A stretch of 64,000 nt of DNA from Scyliorhinus canicula (taxonomy: Eukaryota): positions 295,004,000 through 295,067,999 of the forward strand of contig NC_052146.1 of the NCBI RefSeq assembly GCF_902713615.1, in the 5' to 3' direction. Positions 37,161-50,100 of this stretch are shown here, piece after piece. Every line of letters starts with the position of its first letter. Within the stretch, counting starts at the first letter, position 1. A program made the translations under genes and the position numbers. The notes below the pieces were generated by a model. The model searched no databases, was not told the origin of the DNA, and saw only the letters and a program-made list of their open reading frames with translations.

Positions 37161-37184
37161 TAGTTTAAACCCTCCCCAACAGCT

Positions 37185-38108
37185 CTAGAAAACCCCCCCC
37201 CCCAGGACATCGGTTCCAGTCCTGCCCAGGTGCAGACTGTCCGGTTTGTACTGATCCCACCTCCCCCAGAACCGGTCCCAATGCCCCAGGAATTTGAATC
37301 CCTCCCTCTTGCACCATCTCTCGAGCCACGCATTCATCCTATCTATCCTGACATTCCTACTCTGACTAGCTCGTGGCACTGGTAGCAATCCTGAGATTAT
37401 TACCTTTGAGGTCCTACTTTTTAGTTTAACTCCTAACTCCCTGAATTCCGCTTGTAGGACCTCATCCCGTTTTTTACCTATATCGTTGATGCCTATGTGC
37501 ACCACGACAGCTGACTGTTCACCCTCCCCCCCCAGAATGTCCTGCAGCCGCTCCGAGACATCCTTGACCCTTGCACCAGGGAGGCAACATACCATCCTGG
37601 AGTCTCGATTGCGTCCACAGAACCGCCTGTCTATTCCCCTTACGATCGAGTCCCCTATCACTATAGCCCTGCCATTTTTCTTCCTGCCCTGCTGTGCAGC
37701 AGAGCCAGCCATGGTGCCATGAACCTGGTTGCTGCTGCCTTCCCCTGGTGAGCCATCTCCCTCAACAGTATCCAAAGCGGTATATCTGTTTTGCAGGGAG
37801 ATGACCGCAGGGGACACCTGCACTGCCTTCCTACTCTTGCTCTTTCTTTTGGTCACCCATTTTCTATCTCCCGCAGTAACCTTCACCTGCGGTGTGACCA
37901 ACTCGCTAAACGTGCTATCCACGACCTCCTCAGCATCGCGAATGCTCCAAAGTGAGTCCATCCGCAGCTCCAGAGCCGTCAAGCGGTCCAACAAGAGCTG
38001 CAACTGAACACACTTCTTGCACGTGAAGGAGCCAGGGACAGTGGACGTGTCCCTGAGCTCCCACATTGCACACGAGGAGCATGACACGGGTCTGGGATCT
38101 CCTGCCAT
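37185..38108 (-). CDS. CR1 ORF1: Cys-rich N-terminus + SGNH/GDSL esterase-like domain
   Basis: CSSC..CKKC; IGDSIVR, CLPGARV, HIGIND, DSLH; last ~9 codons appear cut off by a +1 slip in a G11 run. Confidence 0.92.
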   Translation of the reverse strand: MAGDPRPVSCSSCAMWELRDTSTVPGSFTCKKCVQLQLLLDRLTALELRMDSLWSIRDAEEVVDSTFSELVTPQVKVTAGDRKWVTKRKSKSRKAVQVSPAVISLQNRYTALDTVEGDGSPGEGSSNQVHGTMAGSAAQQGRKKNGRAIVIGDSIVRGIDRRFCGRNRDSRMVCCLPGARVKDVSERLQDILGGEGEQSAVVVHIGINDIGKKRDEVLQAEFRELGVKLKSRTSKVIISGLLPVPRASQSRNVRIDRMNAWLERWCKREGFKFLGHWDRFWGRWDQYKPDSLHLGRTGTDVLGGGVF

Positions 38109-38746
38109 GTCTTAAACCCTTGGTAACCTTAAACAACTAGAATTTCAAAATAAAAATAAATAAATTAGACAATGAAAAGAAAAAGAGAGACTACTTACCA
38201 GTGACTTACCAGGGTTAAAAAGCACCTCCTCACACTCTGCACCGAATTACCTCACTGCACCAAATTACCAAGTTTCAATCCCCCACTCTGGATGAGTCTC
38301 ACTCCGGATGAGTCTCCTGGAAAAATGCTCGCTTACTGTGTGTGCTGTCTGTCTGTCTTTTATACAGACCTCAGCTAACCGATGACTCAAAAAATACCTT
38401 AACTTCAAAGAGAAGAATACAATGTGCCCCTAAACAGGCCTCAGGTGATTGACAGATAACTGCCTCTCAGCAATTAGGGTGGGGGCAGCTTCAACCAATC
38501 AGACACTAAGCTCCACCCTGCACTTTTAACTGAAAAACAGCAGAATTAGCAGAGATAGGATGATGGTGCTTGAAGGGGGGGGGGGGGTTGTTCTGCTGAC
38601 AGGGATGGACTGGCCATGGTAACAGTGGGTGGAGCCGGTCAGGAGCCGGTCAGTGGGTCATGGGTGGAGCCGGTCAGGAGGCGGGCCAGATGAAGCGCGA
38701 AACATGGCTGGGGGACTGGCCAAGGAAAGGGGATGGCTGATCGGCA

Positions 38747-38777
<31 letters not shown>

Positions 38778-41125
38778 GCGAAGTGCCCCCCAATCAGGCT
38801 GATCACCTACAATGTTAGAGGGTTAAACGGGCCAGTGAAGAGGGCGCGTTTGTTTGCGCATCTGCGGGTTCTGAAGGCGGACATAGTCATGCTGCAGGAG
38901 ACGCAAGTGGCAGACCAGGTTAGGTTAAGGAAGGGCTGGGTCAGTCAGGTCTTTCATTCGGGGCTTGATTCTAAGACGAGGGGGGTTGTGATCCTGATTA
39001 ATAAAAGGGTACAATTTGAGGCGGAGGGCACAGTCGTGGATGGGGGTGGCAGATTCGTTATGGTGAGGGGTAAGCTTGAAGGGGTGAGAGTAGTCCCGGT
39101 CAGTGTGTATGCCCCTAATTGGGATGATGTGGATTTTATTAGGAGGATGCTAGGGAAGATCCCCGACCTGGACTTGCGTAAGCTGATCATGGGCGGGGAC
39201 TTTAATACAGTCCTGGACCCGAGCCTGGACCGGTCATGCTCAAGAACGGGCAGGTTGCCAGCGATGGCAAAGGAACTGAGAGGGTTCATGGAGCAAATGG
39301 GGGGAGCAGATCCGTGGAGATTTAGCCGGCCGACGGCGAGGGAGTTCTCGTGTTACTCCCACGTCCACAAGGTGTATTCCCGAATTGACTACTTTGTTGT
39401 GAGTAGGGACCTGCTGGCCGGAATGGTGGGGGCAGAATACACAGCAATTGCCATTTCGGACCATGCTCCGCACTGGGTAGACCTGCAGTTTTGTAAGGAC
39501 AGCTTTCAGCGCCCACCATGGAGGCTGGAATTTGGATTACTCGCGGACGAGGCTGTGTGTGAGAGGCTGAGGAAATGCTTGCAGAATTATCTGCAGGTGA
39601 ACAATATTGGAGAAGTCTCGGCAGCGGTGCTCTGGGAGGTGCTGACGGCAGTGGTGAGAGGGGAGCTGATTTCAATCCGGGTGTACAGGGACAGGACAGA
39701 CAGGGCAGAGGCGGACCGACTGATTAAGGAAATTCTATGGACGGACAGGAGTTACGCGGAATCCCCGAGGCCAGAGTTACTCAGGAAACGACAGAGGCTG
39801 CAGGCCGAATTTGGGGTGCTGACTACAGGCAAGGCTGTAGAGCAGCTTAGAAAAGTAAACGGCACGATTTATGAGCATGGGGAGAAGGCCAGTAAAATGC
39901 TTGCGCAACAACTAAGGAAGAGGGAAGTGGCGAGGGAAATAGGGAGGGTAGTGGATGGGGAAGGTAATCTAGTGGGTGATCCAGCAGGGCTGAACAAGGT
40001 CTTTAGGGACTTTTATAGGAAGCTGTACACTTCGGAACCCCCCGGGGAACCGGGGGGGGGGGGGGGGGGGGGGGGCGATTCCTGGACGGACTGACCTTCC
40101 CAAGAGTGGAGCTGCCTCCAAGACAGGGCTGCCTCTCTCCCCACTGCTGTTTGCACTGGCCATAGAGCCGCTGGCAATTGCACTGAGAGCTTCTAGGGGC
40201 TGAAAAGGGCTGGTCCGGGGAGGGGAGTGGAACATAGAGTCTCGTTATACGCGGATGATCTACTGTTATATGTATCGGACCCAATGGTGGGGATGGACAG
40301 TATTATGGCAACCCTGAGGGAATTTGGCCGGTTCTCCGGATAAAAACTGAACATGGCTAAGAGCGAGATGTTTGTAATTCAGGCGAGGGGGTAGGAGAGT
40401 AGGATGAAGGGGTTGCCGTTCAGGCTAGTGGGGGAGAGTTTCCGATATTTGGGGATTCAGGTGGCACGGGACTGGGGCAAGTTGCATAAGCTCAACCTGT
40501 CCCGACTGGTGGAACGAGTGAGGGAGGAGGTCCAGAGGTGGGATGCGTCCCAACATAGCGATGATAAGGAAATGGTTGGAGGGTGCGGGGTTGGTTTGGG
40601 AGCGGATGGAGGCTGCTTCGTGCAGGGGCACTAGCTTAGCAGCCCTGGTCACGGCACCTCTGCCGCTTCCGCCGGCACGGTACTCCACCAGCCCGATAGT
40701 GGTGGCGGCTCTTCGGATCTGGGGCCAGTGGAGGAGGCATGTAGGGGAGGTAAGAGCATCGGTGTGGACCCCAATCTGCGTCAACCACCGATTTGCCCCG
40801 GGGAACATGGACGGGGGATATCGACTGTGGAGGAGGGCGGGGATTGTGAGGATGGGGGATCTGTTCCTGGAAGGGGGCTTTCCGAGCATGAGGGCGCTGG
40901 AGGAGAAGTTGGGCTGGCGAGAAGGAACAACTTTAGATACTTGCAGGTGAGGGATTTTGTACGCAGACTGGTGCCTCCTTCCCACGTCTCCCGCCGAAGG
41001 GGAGGCATGACAGGGTTGTTTCTAGGGGAGAGGTGGGAGAGGGTAGTTTCAGACGTCTACAAGGAGCTAATGAGAGCTGAGGATACGCAGACCGAGGACC
41101 TGAAGCTTAAGTGGGAGGAGGAGCT

Positions 41126-41157
<32 letters not shown>

Positions 41158-43213
41158 CTGGAGGACGGTATTTGGGCAGAAGCCCTGAGCAGAGTAAACA
41201 CGACCGAAACATGCGCCAGGCTCAGCCTGATCCAGTTTAAGGTCGTGCACCGGGCCCACATGAAAGTGGCCCGGATCAGCAGATTCTTCAGGCTGGAGGA
41301 CAAGTGTGCTAGATGCGCCAGAGGGCCGGCTAACCATGTACACATGTTCTGGTCGTAAACTCAGGGGGTATTGGCAGGGATTCGCAGATGTCATGTCCCG
41401 GGTATTGAAAACTGGGGTGGTAATGAGCCCTGAGGTGGCAATCTTTGGGGTTTCGGAGGACCCGGGAGTCCAGGAAGAGAGAGAGAGGCCGACGTTGTGG
41501 CCTTTGCTTCCCTGGTAGCCCGGCGACGAATACTGTTAGCATGGAGGGACTCAAAGCCCCCGAGGCTGAGATATGGCTATCGGACATGGCGAGCTTTCTT
41601 GGCCTAGAGAAAGTCAGGTTCGCCTTGAGAGGTTCGCTATTAGGGTTCGCCCGAAGGTGGCAGCCATTTATTGACTTCTTCGCAGAGGAGTAAGCGTCAG
41701 CAGGAGGGGGGGGGGGCGGGGGGCGCAAGGGTACAGTAGAGTATGGGGATATTGAGGCAGGTCCGTGCGTGAACAGAGCCGTGGTTTGCACTATGTTTAA
41801 TTTGTAATTTGTGTCTTGACTTCTTTTTGTTTTTGTACTGTACAACGTCACTTTTTCTATCTGCCTAAAATACCTCAATAAAATTGTTTGTTAAAAAAAA
41901 AGAGACTAAATGGTGCTCGAGAGTATTTTGATTTGTAACTTACAACATATCACCTGGAGCATGGCTCTAAGGATGAGAATTTTAGAATGCTATAATCACA
42001 TTGAAAATGTCTTCCCCCTGTCCTGACAAAAATAAGTTGTTTTCAAAAAACTGCAGATGATTACTTTTGCACTAACACTGCATTGCAGTCTGGAGATGTT
42101 GCACTGTCAGGGGTGGGTGAGGCCTTTCAAATATCTGCCTTCCAGTTGGTTATAAATGAACTTATGGTACTGTTCGGGGGAGTACAGGGGAATACCCCCG
42201 TGTATTCTCGCCAATATTTATTCCTCAGTTGACATCACTAAACAGACTATCTGGTTGTTATCGCATTGCTGTGCGAAGGTTTGATGCTGTCTTTCCCTCA
42301 TTATTACACCGAGTACACTTTAAATGTGCTTCAGTTGCTGTAAATCGCATGAGGTTGCCCTGGGGTTATGAAAGGTGTGATATAAAGTTTATCTTTTCTT
42401 TGAACCAAGTATGGCACCAAGATCCTAAGTCAGGTGGGAGTCCAAACGAAAATGTTGCAGGGGCTGGGGTCATACCTGACTCAAACAAAGGTGGCTATGC
42501 TTGCCAGAAGACACTCATTAGGGTCCCAGTAATCACCCCCAGTTGCCTCAACAAGATTTGCATAAAGTCGAGGGTGGCACAGTGGTTAGAACAAAAGAAC
42601 AAAGAAAAGTACAGCACAGGAACAGGCCCTTCGGCCCTCCAAGCCTGTGCCGACCATGCTGCCCGTCTAAACTAAAATCTTCTACACTTCCTGGGTCTGT
42701 ATCCCTCTATTCCCATCCTATTCATGTATTTGTCAAGATGTCACTATCGTCCCTGCTTCCACCACCTTTTCCAGCAGCGAGTTCCAGGCACCCACTACCC
42801 TCTGTGTAAAAAAAACTTGCCTCGTACATCTCCTCTAAACCTTGCCCCTCGCACCTTAGCACTCACTGCCTCACGGTGCCGAGGACCCAGGGCCGAATCC
42901 TGACCCCAGGTCACTGACTGTGTGGAGTTTGCACATTCTCCCCGCGTCTGCGTGGGTCTCACCCCCACAACCCAAAGATGTGCAGGGTAGATGGATTGGC
43001 CACGCCGCTAAATTGCCCCTTAATTGGAAAAAATAATAAAGACGCTCTTTGGTCTGCCCGAAACGTTTTGGTCTTCCAGTGCAAAGAATTATCCATGATT
43101 GAGTGTTGCAGACCAGCACGTTCCCAAGGTCCAGGACTACGTTGAGTGAGGGATGCACTAAAGCTTGGGGCAGCTGTCTCAAAGACACAGTGGGGAAAGG
43201 GTACTGTCTAAGG

Positions 43214-43569
43214 CAGGGGTGGGCAAACTACGGCCCGCCAAAGGTATTTCTGCGGCCCACCAAGTCATTTAAAAAAAAAAAAAAAAAATTTTTTTTAAGG
43301 TTAATGGGGGGTGGGGGGGGGGGGGGGGGGGGCTGTTGGGTTACTTACTGGTATAGGGTGGATACGTTGACTTGAGTAGGGTGATCATTGCTCGGCACAA
43401 CGTCGAGGGCCGAAGGGCCTGTTCTGTGCTGTACTGTTCTATGTTCTATATGAGGTGCCCAGAATCATAACCGGGTGAAGTAATTATTTTACTTAATATA
43501 CTATGCGGCCCTTTGTGAATTGTGAATTTCTGAATGTGGCCCTTGCACGGAAAAGTTTGCCCACCCCTG
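43214..43569. mobile_element. hAT (Charlie-like) MITE containing a HE1 SINE 3' fragment
   Basis: 16-bp TIRs CAGGGGTGGGCAAACT / AGTTTGCCCACCCCTG; 8-bp TSD GTCTAAGG at 43206-43213 and 43570-43577. Confidence 0.95.
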
Positions 43570-44344
43570 GTCTAAGGCCTTCATCCATTATACACGAAGG
43601 GGCTAGAAAGTGTGAAAACCCCATGAACTGTATGTTTAGCATGTAATCATGACTGTAATTGACTGTAACTTTGACTGTAATTAAAAGTGTAGTGACTAAC
43701 ATAAAGTATTGGAAAAAACTAATTTGTTTCGCGTTTAATATAATGTCAATGTTGAAATGTAAAGTACTTCTATAAATTTTATGAATGAAGTATTTACCAC
43801 TGACTGGAGGCAGCTGTCAGTAAAATGGCATGCAGCCGGCCATACAATTAAGTAATGTAGTGTATGAATTTCAGTGACGGCGTGATTCCAGATACATAGC
43901 CATACGTTCCAACAACTGAAATGAAAATGAAAATCGCTTATTGTCACGAGTAGGCTTCAATGAAGTTACTGTGAAAAGCCCCTAGTCACCACATTCCGGC
44001 GCCTGTCCGGGGAGGCTGATACGGGAATCGAACCGTGCTGCTGGCCTGCTTGGTCTGCTTTAAAAGCCAGCGATTTAGCCCAGTGATCTAAATCAGCCCC
44101 TCTGGCTGACCGAATCAAGAAGCACATTTCTTTGGCTAGTCGTAATAGGCAGAGTACAGACTGTAGTTAACCAGCCTTTGCTTGTAAAATCCAAAACAAA
44201 CTGTCCACTGTGAGATGTGATTGGGCAGCACTTACGAATCAACACTTGAGTGTGCTAATAGCTACACTAACAACAGAATTGAGGTTACGATTTAAGTCAA
44301 GCTTGTAACTTGGCTCATTTACACTTGCTAGAAGTGACATACTT

Positions 44345-44538
44345 TTTTTAAATTAAGGGGCAATTTAGAGTGGCCAATCCACCTACCCTGCACATCTTTG
44401 GGTTGTGGGGGTGAAACCCACACAAACACGGGGAGAATGTGCAAACTCCACACGGACAGTGACCCAGGGCTGGGATTCGAACCCGGGTCCTCAGCGCCGT
44501 AGGCAGCAGTGCTAACCACTGCGCCACCGTGCTGCCCC
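44345..44538 (-). mobile_element. V-SINE, A-tailed subfamily, 15-bp TSD
   Basis: TSD AGAAGTGACATACTT at 44330-44344 and 44539-44553. Confidence 0.92.
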
Positions 44539-47127
44539 AGAAGTGACATACTTAAGCAGAGGCCCAGTCTCTCCTCACAGAAAACGTTCAAGCCTTGCTC
44601 CTTTTTTGAATTACTCTGGAGCTTGGGAAGCCCATGGCTCATTGTTTCCTCCGTGCCTCAGCCAATCAAAGTTGACATGCTAACCAATCGGCACCCTTTT
44701 CTCCTGTAGTATAAATTGTTGTGATTGTTTGAAATTTGGTATTCTTATGTTTGTCCTGATGCCTGACACAAAGCTTCAGCAACTCTTTTCAGGAATATTC
44801 AAGTTCCGTAATACCAAGCGGCTGTTTATACAGCAGGGTATTCAGGACAATGGCCTGATAAAGAGTTTGATTCTTGTTTTCAGCTTAATGCCATGCTGCC
44901 TCTTCCTCTTATCATAGAATTTACGGTGCAGAAGGAGGCCATTCGGCCCATCAAACCGGCACCTGCCATCTTACTTCCGTTCTAAGCGCCTGCCAAAGCA
45001 ATTTCTAATACAAACTTCCTGGGTGTTGACATTTTTTTTGTTGAAGTGGGTGTAAGAGTGGAGAAAGGGTGAGAGGAGAGGATGTATTTGGATTTTGGGG
45101 GTCATTGCGTTGGGCAGGCTGAAGTGGCATGAAGGTGATCTAACGAATGCAGACATTGTGGGTGGAAGGTGAGGACCAGGGAAAGTCTGGCCATAAATGT
45201 CAGAGGGAATAGGCAGAATGAGGAGAGAAGGGACAGATAGAGCCTGTGCATCACAGCAGAGGGGAATCCAAGGCTGAGATAATAAAGAGGGGATTTCAGA
45301 ACCTCTGGAGCACAAAGTACAGCCATCAGGGCAGTATTGTTCTGATCGTACAAATTTGTAGTTCTGAAGAAAGGTCCACATCCAAAATTAAAATACATTA
45401 TGACCACAGATACTGACCTTTTAAAAAATAAATTTAGAGTACCCAATTCATTTTTTCCAATTAAGGGGCAGTTTAGTGTGCCCAATTCACCTACCCTGCA
45501 CATCTTTGGGTTGTGGGGGTGAAACCCACACAGTATGGGAAGAATGTGCAAACTCCACACGGGCAGTGACCCAGGGCCGGGATTCGAACCCGGACAGATG
45601 CTGATCTGACCTGCTGGGTTGGTCCAGCACTTTAGGAATTTGCTTTGGCCTTCTCTCTATCTTGTTGTCTTGGACAGCTGATTTCCACACCAGGCTCTGT
45701 ATGCATTCAAGAATCCACTTGGGGGAGCTGAAGGCCTCATGATTTGAATTAAATGTGTGACACCATAGAATATAATTCCCGAAGTGCCAATCAGCTCAGT
45801 TGGTTAGATGGCAAGTGTGGGAGTTAGATCCGGGAATATAGAACCTATCTCCTTGTCCTACCAGTATTAAAAACCATGGCACTTTACTGCAATTTGGGGA
45901 ATAAGTACCAAGGCCATGCCTGCGACAGAGAACTCACAAAGACTGATTGCAAAAGTTATAATACAATTCCTACAGTAGTCTTGTGAGGACCGCACCCCCT
46001 TCTTCCAATATCTTCAACCCCACCACCTCTGCTCAGATGAGGCCACTTTCACAATTATCTGCTGGCTGGGACCGACAGTGTCCGTTCCATTTCTTGTGGC
46101 GCTCAACCTTTCTGACCCCCCCCACCCCACCCCCACTCAGAATTTGCCTTCGCCCTCCACCTCACCAGCCTCTGGAGCACCATCGGCCAATTCAACCACG
46201 TCTATTGTTATTCCATTGCCAAAAACATCTTGTCCTTCCCTCTCTGTAATCCCGACTATCCATCGCCTCTGATCAAAGCCCCAAACACTCCTTCCAGGCG
46301 GGAATAGCAATTTTCCATTGTTTATCTCCCACCTAGAACCACGGGGCAAGCTCTTCGCCATCGAGTAATTGGTTGGCACAGTGGCTAGCACTGCTGCCTC
46401 ACAGCTCCCAGGGACCCAGGTTCAATTTCAGACTTGGGTGACTGTGCAGAGTTTGCACGTTCTCCCCGTGTCTGCGTGGGTTTCCTCCGGGTGCTCCGGT
46501 TTCCTCCCACAGTCCAAAGATGTGCAGGTTAGGTGGATTAGCCAGGCTAAATTGTCCCTTAGTGTCCAAAACGTTAGGTGGGGTTACTGGGTTACCGGGA
46601 TAGGGTGGGGCCTAGGTGGGGTGCTCTTTCAGAGGGTCGCTGCAAAATTGATGGGCCAAATGGCCTCCTTCTGCACTGTAGGGATTCTATGAAGCACAGT
46701 TAGGTGACCAAGTGCAACCCAGAACTCCCTGGCGTCTGGTACTTTCCAAAACCAAAAACATTTCTTCCATTCTCGAGGACGATACTTGGAAAATCTTAAA
46801 TGGGAAAGGGCTGAATGTTGTAGTCTTTCGATATTAAGGCTGCACGTGGGCTTTGGGAATTGTGACTGCTCCCACTGGAACTGCAGAGTCACCCACCAGA
46901 AACAACAATAAAAGCATTATTGCGAGTACACTGGATCTCGGGAAGGCAACGTACATGCTTATTAATCAAATGTCTTGGGACGTTTTGTTTTACGTTAGTG
47001 CTGCTAATATAAGTGCAGTTGTTGCAAACCCTTTAGTGATGCAGAAATTGTGAGGGAATGCCTGATGAAAATAATAAAACAAGAATAAAATAAGAGACTG
47101 ATGGAAAACAATAAAAAAGAATCATTA

Positions 47128-50100
47128 TTCATATGTTTTGGGCATGTCCAAAACTGAGGGAATTCTGGCAGGGATTTGCGGATGTTATGTCAGAAGTCCT
47201 GGAAGGTAGGGTAACTCAAGAGTGCAGAATTAGCAATATTTGGGTGTCGGAGGATCCGGGGGCAAAGAGGGGGAGGGAGGCCGATATCCTGGCCTTCTCC
47301 TCCCTGGTGGCCTGGAGACTGATCTTGTTGAGGTGGAGGGACTCGGAGCCCCCGAAATCAGGAGTGTGGGTCAGTGATATGGTAGGGTTTCTCAGTCTGG
47401 AGAAAATCAAGTTCGCTCTAAGAGGATCAATATAGGGATTCACCTGGAGTTGGCAGCCGTTCATCGATTTCTTTAACAAAAATTGAACATCAACAGTAAG
47501 GGGGGGAAAGGGAAAAGGGGGGCGGGGAGGAAAACTGGAACACAGAACATAGAGCATTTCAGCGCAGTACAGGCCCTTCGGCCCTCGATGTTGCGCCGAC
47601 CTGTGAAACCACTCTAAAGCCGATCTACACTATTCCCTTATCATCCATATGTCTATCCAATGACCATTTAAATGCCCTTAGTGTTGACGAGTCTACTACT
47701 GTTGCAGGCAGGGCATTCCACGCCCCTACTACTCTCTGAGTAAAGAACCTACCTCTGACATCTGTCCTATATCTATCTCCCCTCAATTTAAAGCTATGTC
47801 CCCTCGTGCTAGACATCACCATCCAAGGAAAAAGGCTCTCACTGTCCACCCTGTCTAATCCCCTGATCATCTTGTATGCCTCAATTAAGTCACCTCTTAA
47901 CCTTCTTCTAACGAAAACAGCTTCAAGTCCCTCAGCCTTTCCTCATAAGATTCTCCCTCCATACCAGGCAACATCCTGGTAAATCTCCTCTGCACCCTTT
48001 CCAATGCTTCCACATCTTTCCTATAATGCGACGACCAGAACTGCACGCAATACTCCAAATGCGGCCGCACCAGAGTTTTGTACAATTGCAACATGACCTC
48101 ATGGCTCCGAAACTCAATCCCTCTACCAATAAAAGCTAACACACCATACGCCTTCTTAACAACCCTCTCAACCTGGGTGGAAACTTTCAGGGATCTATGT
48201 ACACGGACACCGAGATCTCTCTGCTCATCCACACTACCAAGAATCTTACCATTAGCCCAATACTCTGTCTTCCTGTTATTCCTTCCAAAATGAATCACCT
48301 CACACTTTTCTGCATTAAACTCCATTTTCCATCTCTCAGCCCAGCTCTGCAGCTTATCTATGTCCCTCTGTAACTTGTAACATCCTTCCGCACTTTCCAC
48401 AACTCCACCGACTTTAGTGTCATCTACAAATTTACTCACCCATCCTTCTACGCCCTCCTCCAGGTCATTTATAAAAATGACAAACAGCAGTGGCCCCAAA
48501 ACAGATCCTTGTGGTACATCACTAGTAACTGGACTCCAGTCTGAACATTTCCCATCAACCACCACCCTTTGTCTTCTTCCAGCTAGCCAATTTCTGATCC
48601 AAACTGCTAAATCACCCTGAATCTCATGCCTCCGTATTTTCTGCAATAGCCTACCGTGGGGAACCTTATCAAATGCTTTACTGAAATCCATATACACCAC
48701 ATCAACTGCTTTACCCTCGTCCACCTGTTTGGTCACCTTCTCAAAGAACTTAATAAGGTTTGTGAGGCACGACCTACCCTTTACAAAACCATGTTGACTA
48801 TCTTTAATCAAATTATTCCTTTCCAGGTGATTATACATCCCATCTCTTATAAACCTTTCCAAGACTTTGCCCACAACAGAAGTAAGGCTCACTGGTCTAT
48901 AGTTACCGGGGTTGTCTCTACTCCCCTTCTTGAACAAGGGGACAACATTTGCTATCCTCCAGTCTTCTGGCACTATTCCTGTCGACAAAGATGACTTAAA
49001 GATCAAAGCCAAAGGCTCAGCAATCTCCTCCCTAGCTTCTCAGAGAATCCTAGGATAAATCCCATCTGGCCCAGGGGACTTATCTATTTTAACTTTCCAG
49101 AATCGCTAACACCTCTTCCTTATGAATCTCAAGTACCTTCTAGTCTAGTAGCCTGTATCTCAGTATTCTCCTCGACAACATTGTCTTTTTCCTGTGTGAA
49201 TACTGACGAAAAATATTCATTTAGCACCTCTCCTATCTCCTCGGACTCCATGCACAACTTCCCACCACTGTCCTTGACTGGCCCTACTCTTGCCCTAGTC
49301 ATTCTTTTATTCCTGACATATCTATAGAAAGCTTTAGGGTTATCCTTGATCCTACCTGCCAAAGACTTCTCATGTCCCCTCCTGGCTCTTCTTAGCTCTC
49401 TCTTTAGATCCTTCCTAGCTAACTTGTAACTCTCGAGCGCCCTAACTGAACCTTCACGTCTCAACTTTACATAAGCCTCCTTCTTTCTCTTGACAAGTGT
49501 TTCAACTGCTTTAGTAAACCACGGTTCCCTCGCTCGACCCACTTCCTCCCTGCCTGACAGGTACATACTTATTAAGGACACGCAGTAGCTGTTCCTTGAA
49601 CATGCTCCACATTTCCATTGTGCCCAACCCCTGCAGTTTTCCTCTCCATCCGATGCATCCTAAGTCTTGCCTCATCGCATCATAATTGCCTTTCCCCCAG
49701 ATATAACTCTTGCCCTGCGGTATATACCTATCCCTTTCCATCACAAAAGTAAACGTAATCGAATTGTGGTCACTATCACCAAAGTGCTCACCTACCTCCA
49801 AATCTAACACCTGTCCTGGTTCATTACGCAGTACCAAATCCAATACGGCCTCGCCTCTCGTTGGCCTATCTACATATTGTGTCAGGAAACCCTCCTGCAC
49901 ACATTGGACAAAAACGGACCCATCTAAAGTAGTCGAACTATAGGGTTTCCAGTCAATATTTGGAAAGTTAAAGTCCCCCATAACAACTACCCTGTTACTT
50001 TCGCTCCTATCCAGAATCATATTTGCAATCGTTTCCTCTACACCTCTGGAACTTTCCTGAGGCCTATAGAAAACCCCTAACAGGGTGACCTCTCCTTTCT

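Larger units (their letters stand above)
34029..38550 (-). mobile_element. Full-length CR1 LINE (family B) between L1 ORF1 and ORF2
   Basis: 5' UTR, ORF1, ORF2 and 3' tail ending TTCTTATGTTCTTA; no clear TSD. Confidence 0.95.
29603..41901 (+). mobile_element. L1-clade LINE, decayed, interrupted by two CR1 insertions
   Basis: ORF1 pieces LEDLDNRSRRQNMR.VGLPEG (29745-30299) and RFHRYLDKE..LLFPARL (33203-33503); ORF2 APE (TYNVRGLN, LQET, VYAPN, GGDFN, SRIDY, SDH; 38733-40094); internally deleted RT (RQGCPLSP, YADD); CCHC region; AATAAA plus A-tail at ~41877-41901. Confidence 0.93.

Noticed and set aside
38747-41157. Long G homopolymers in L1 ORF2 (also C-runs at ~18713 and ~22959) as functional G-quadruplex or poly-Gly inserts
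   Set aside because: Most simply slippage or homopolymer-length error in a dead element; lengths are unreliable.
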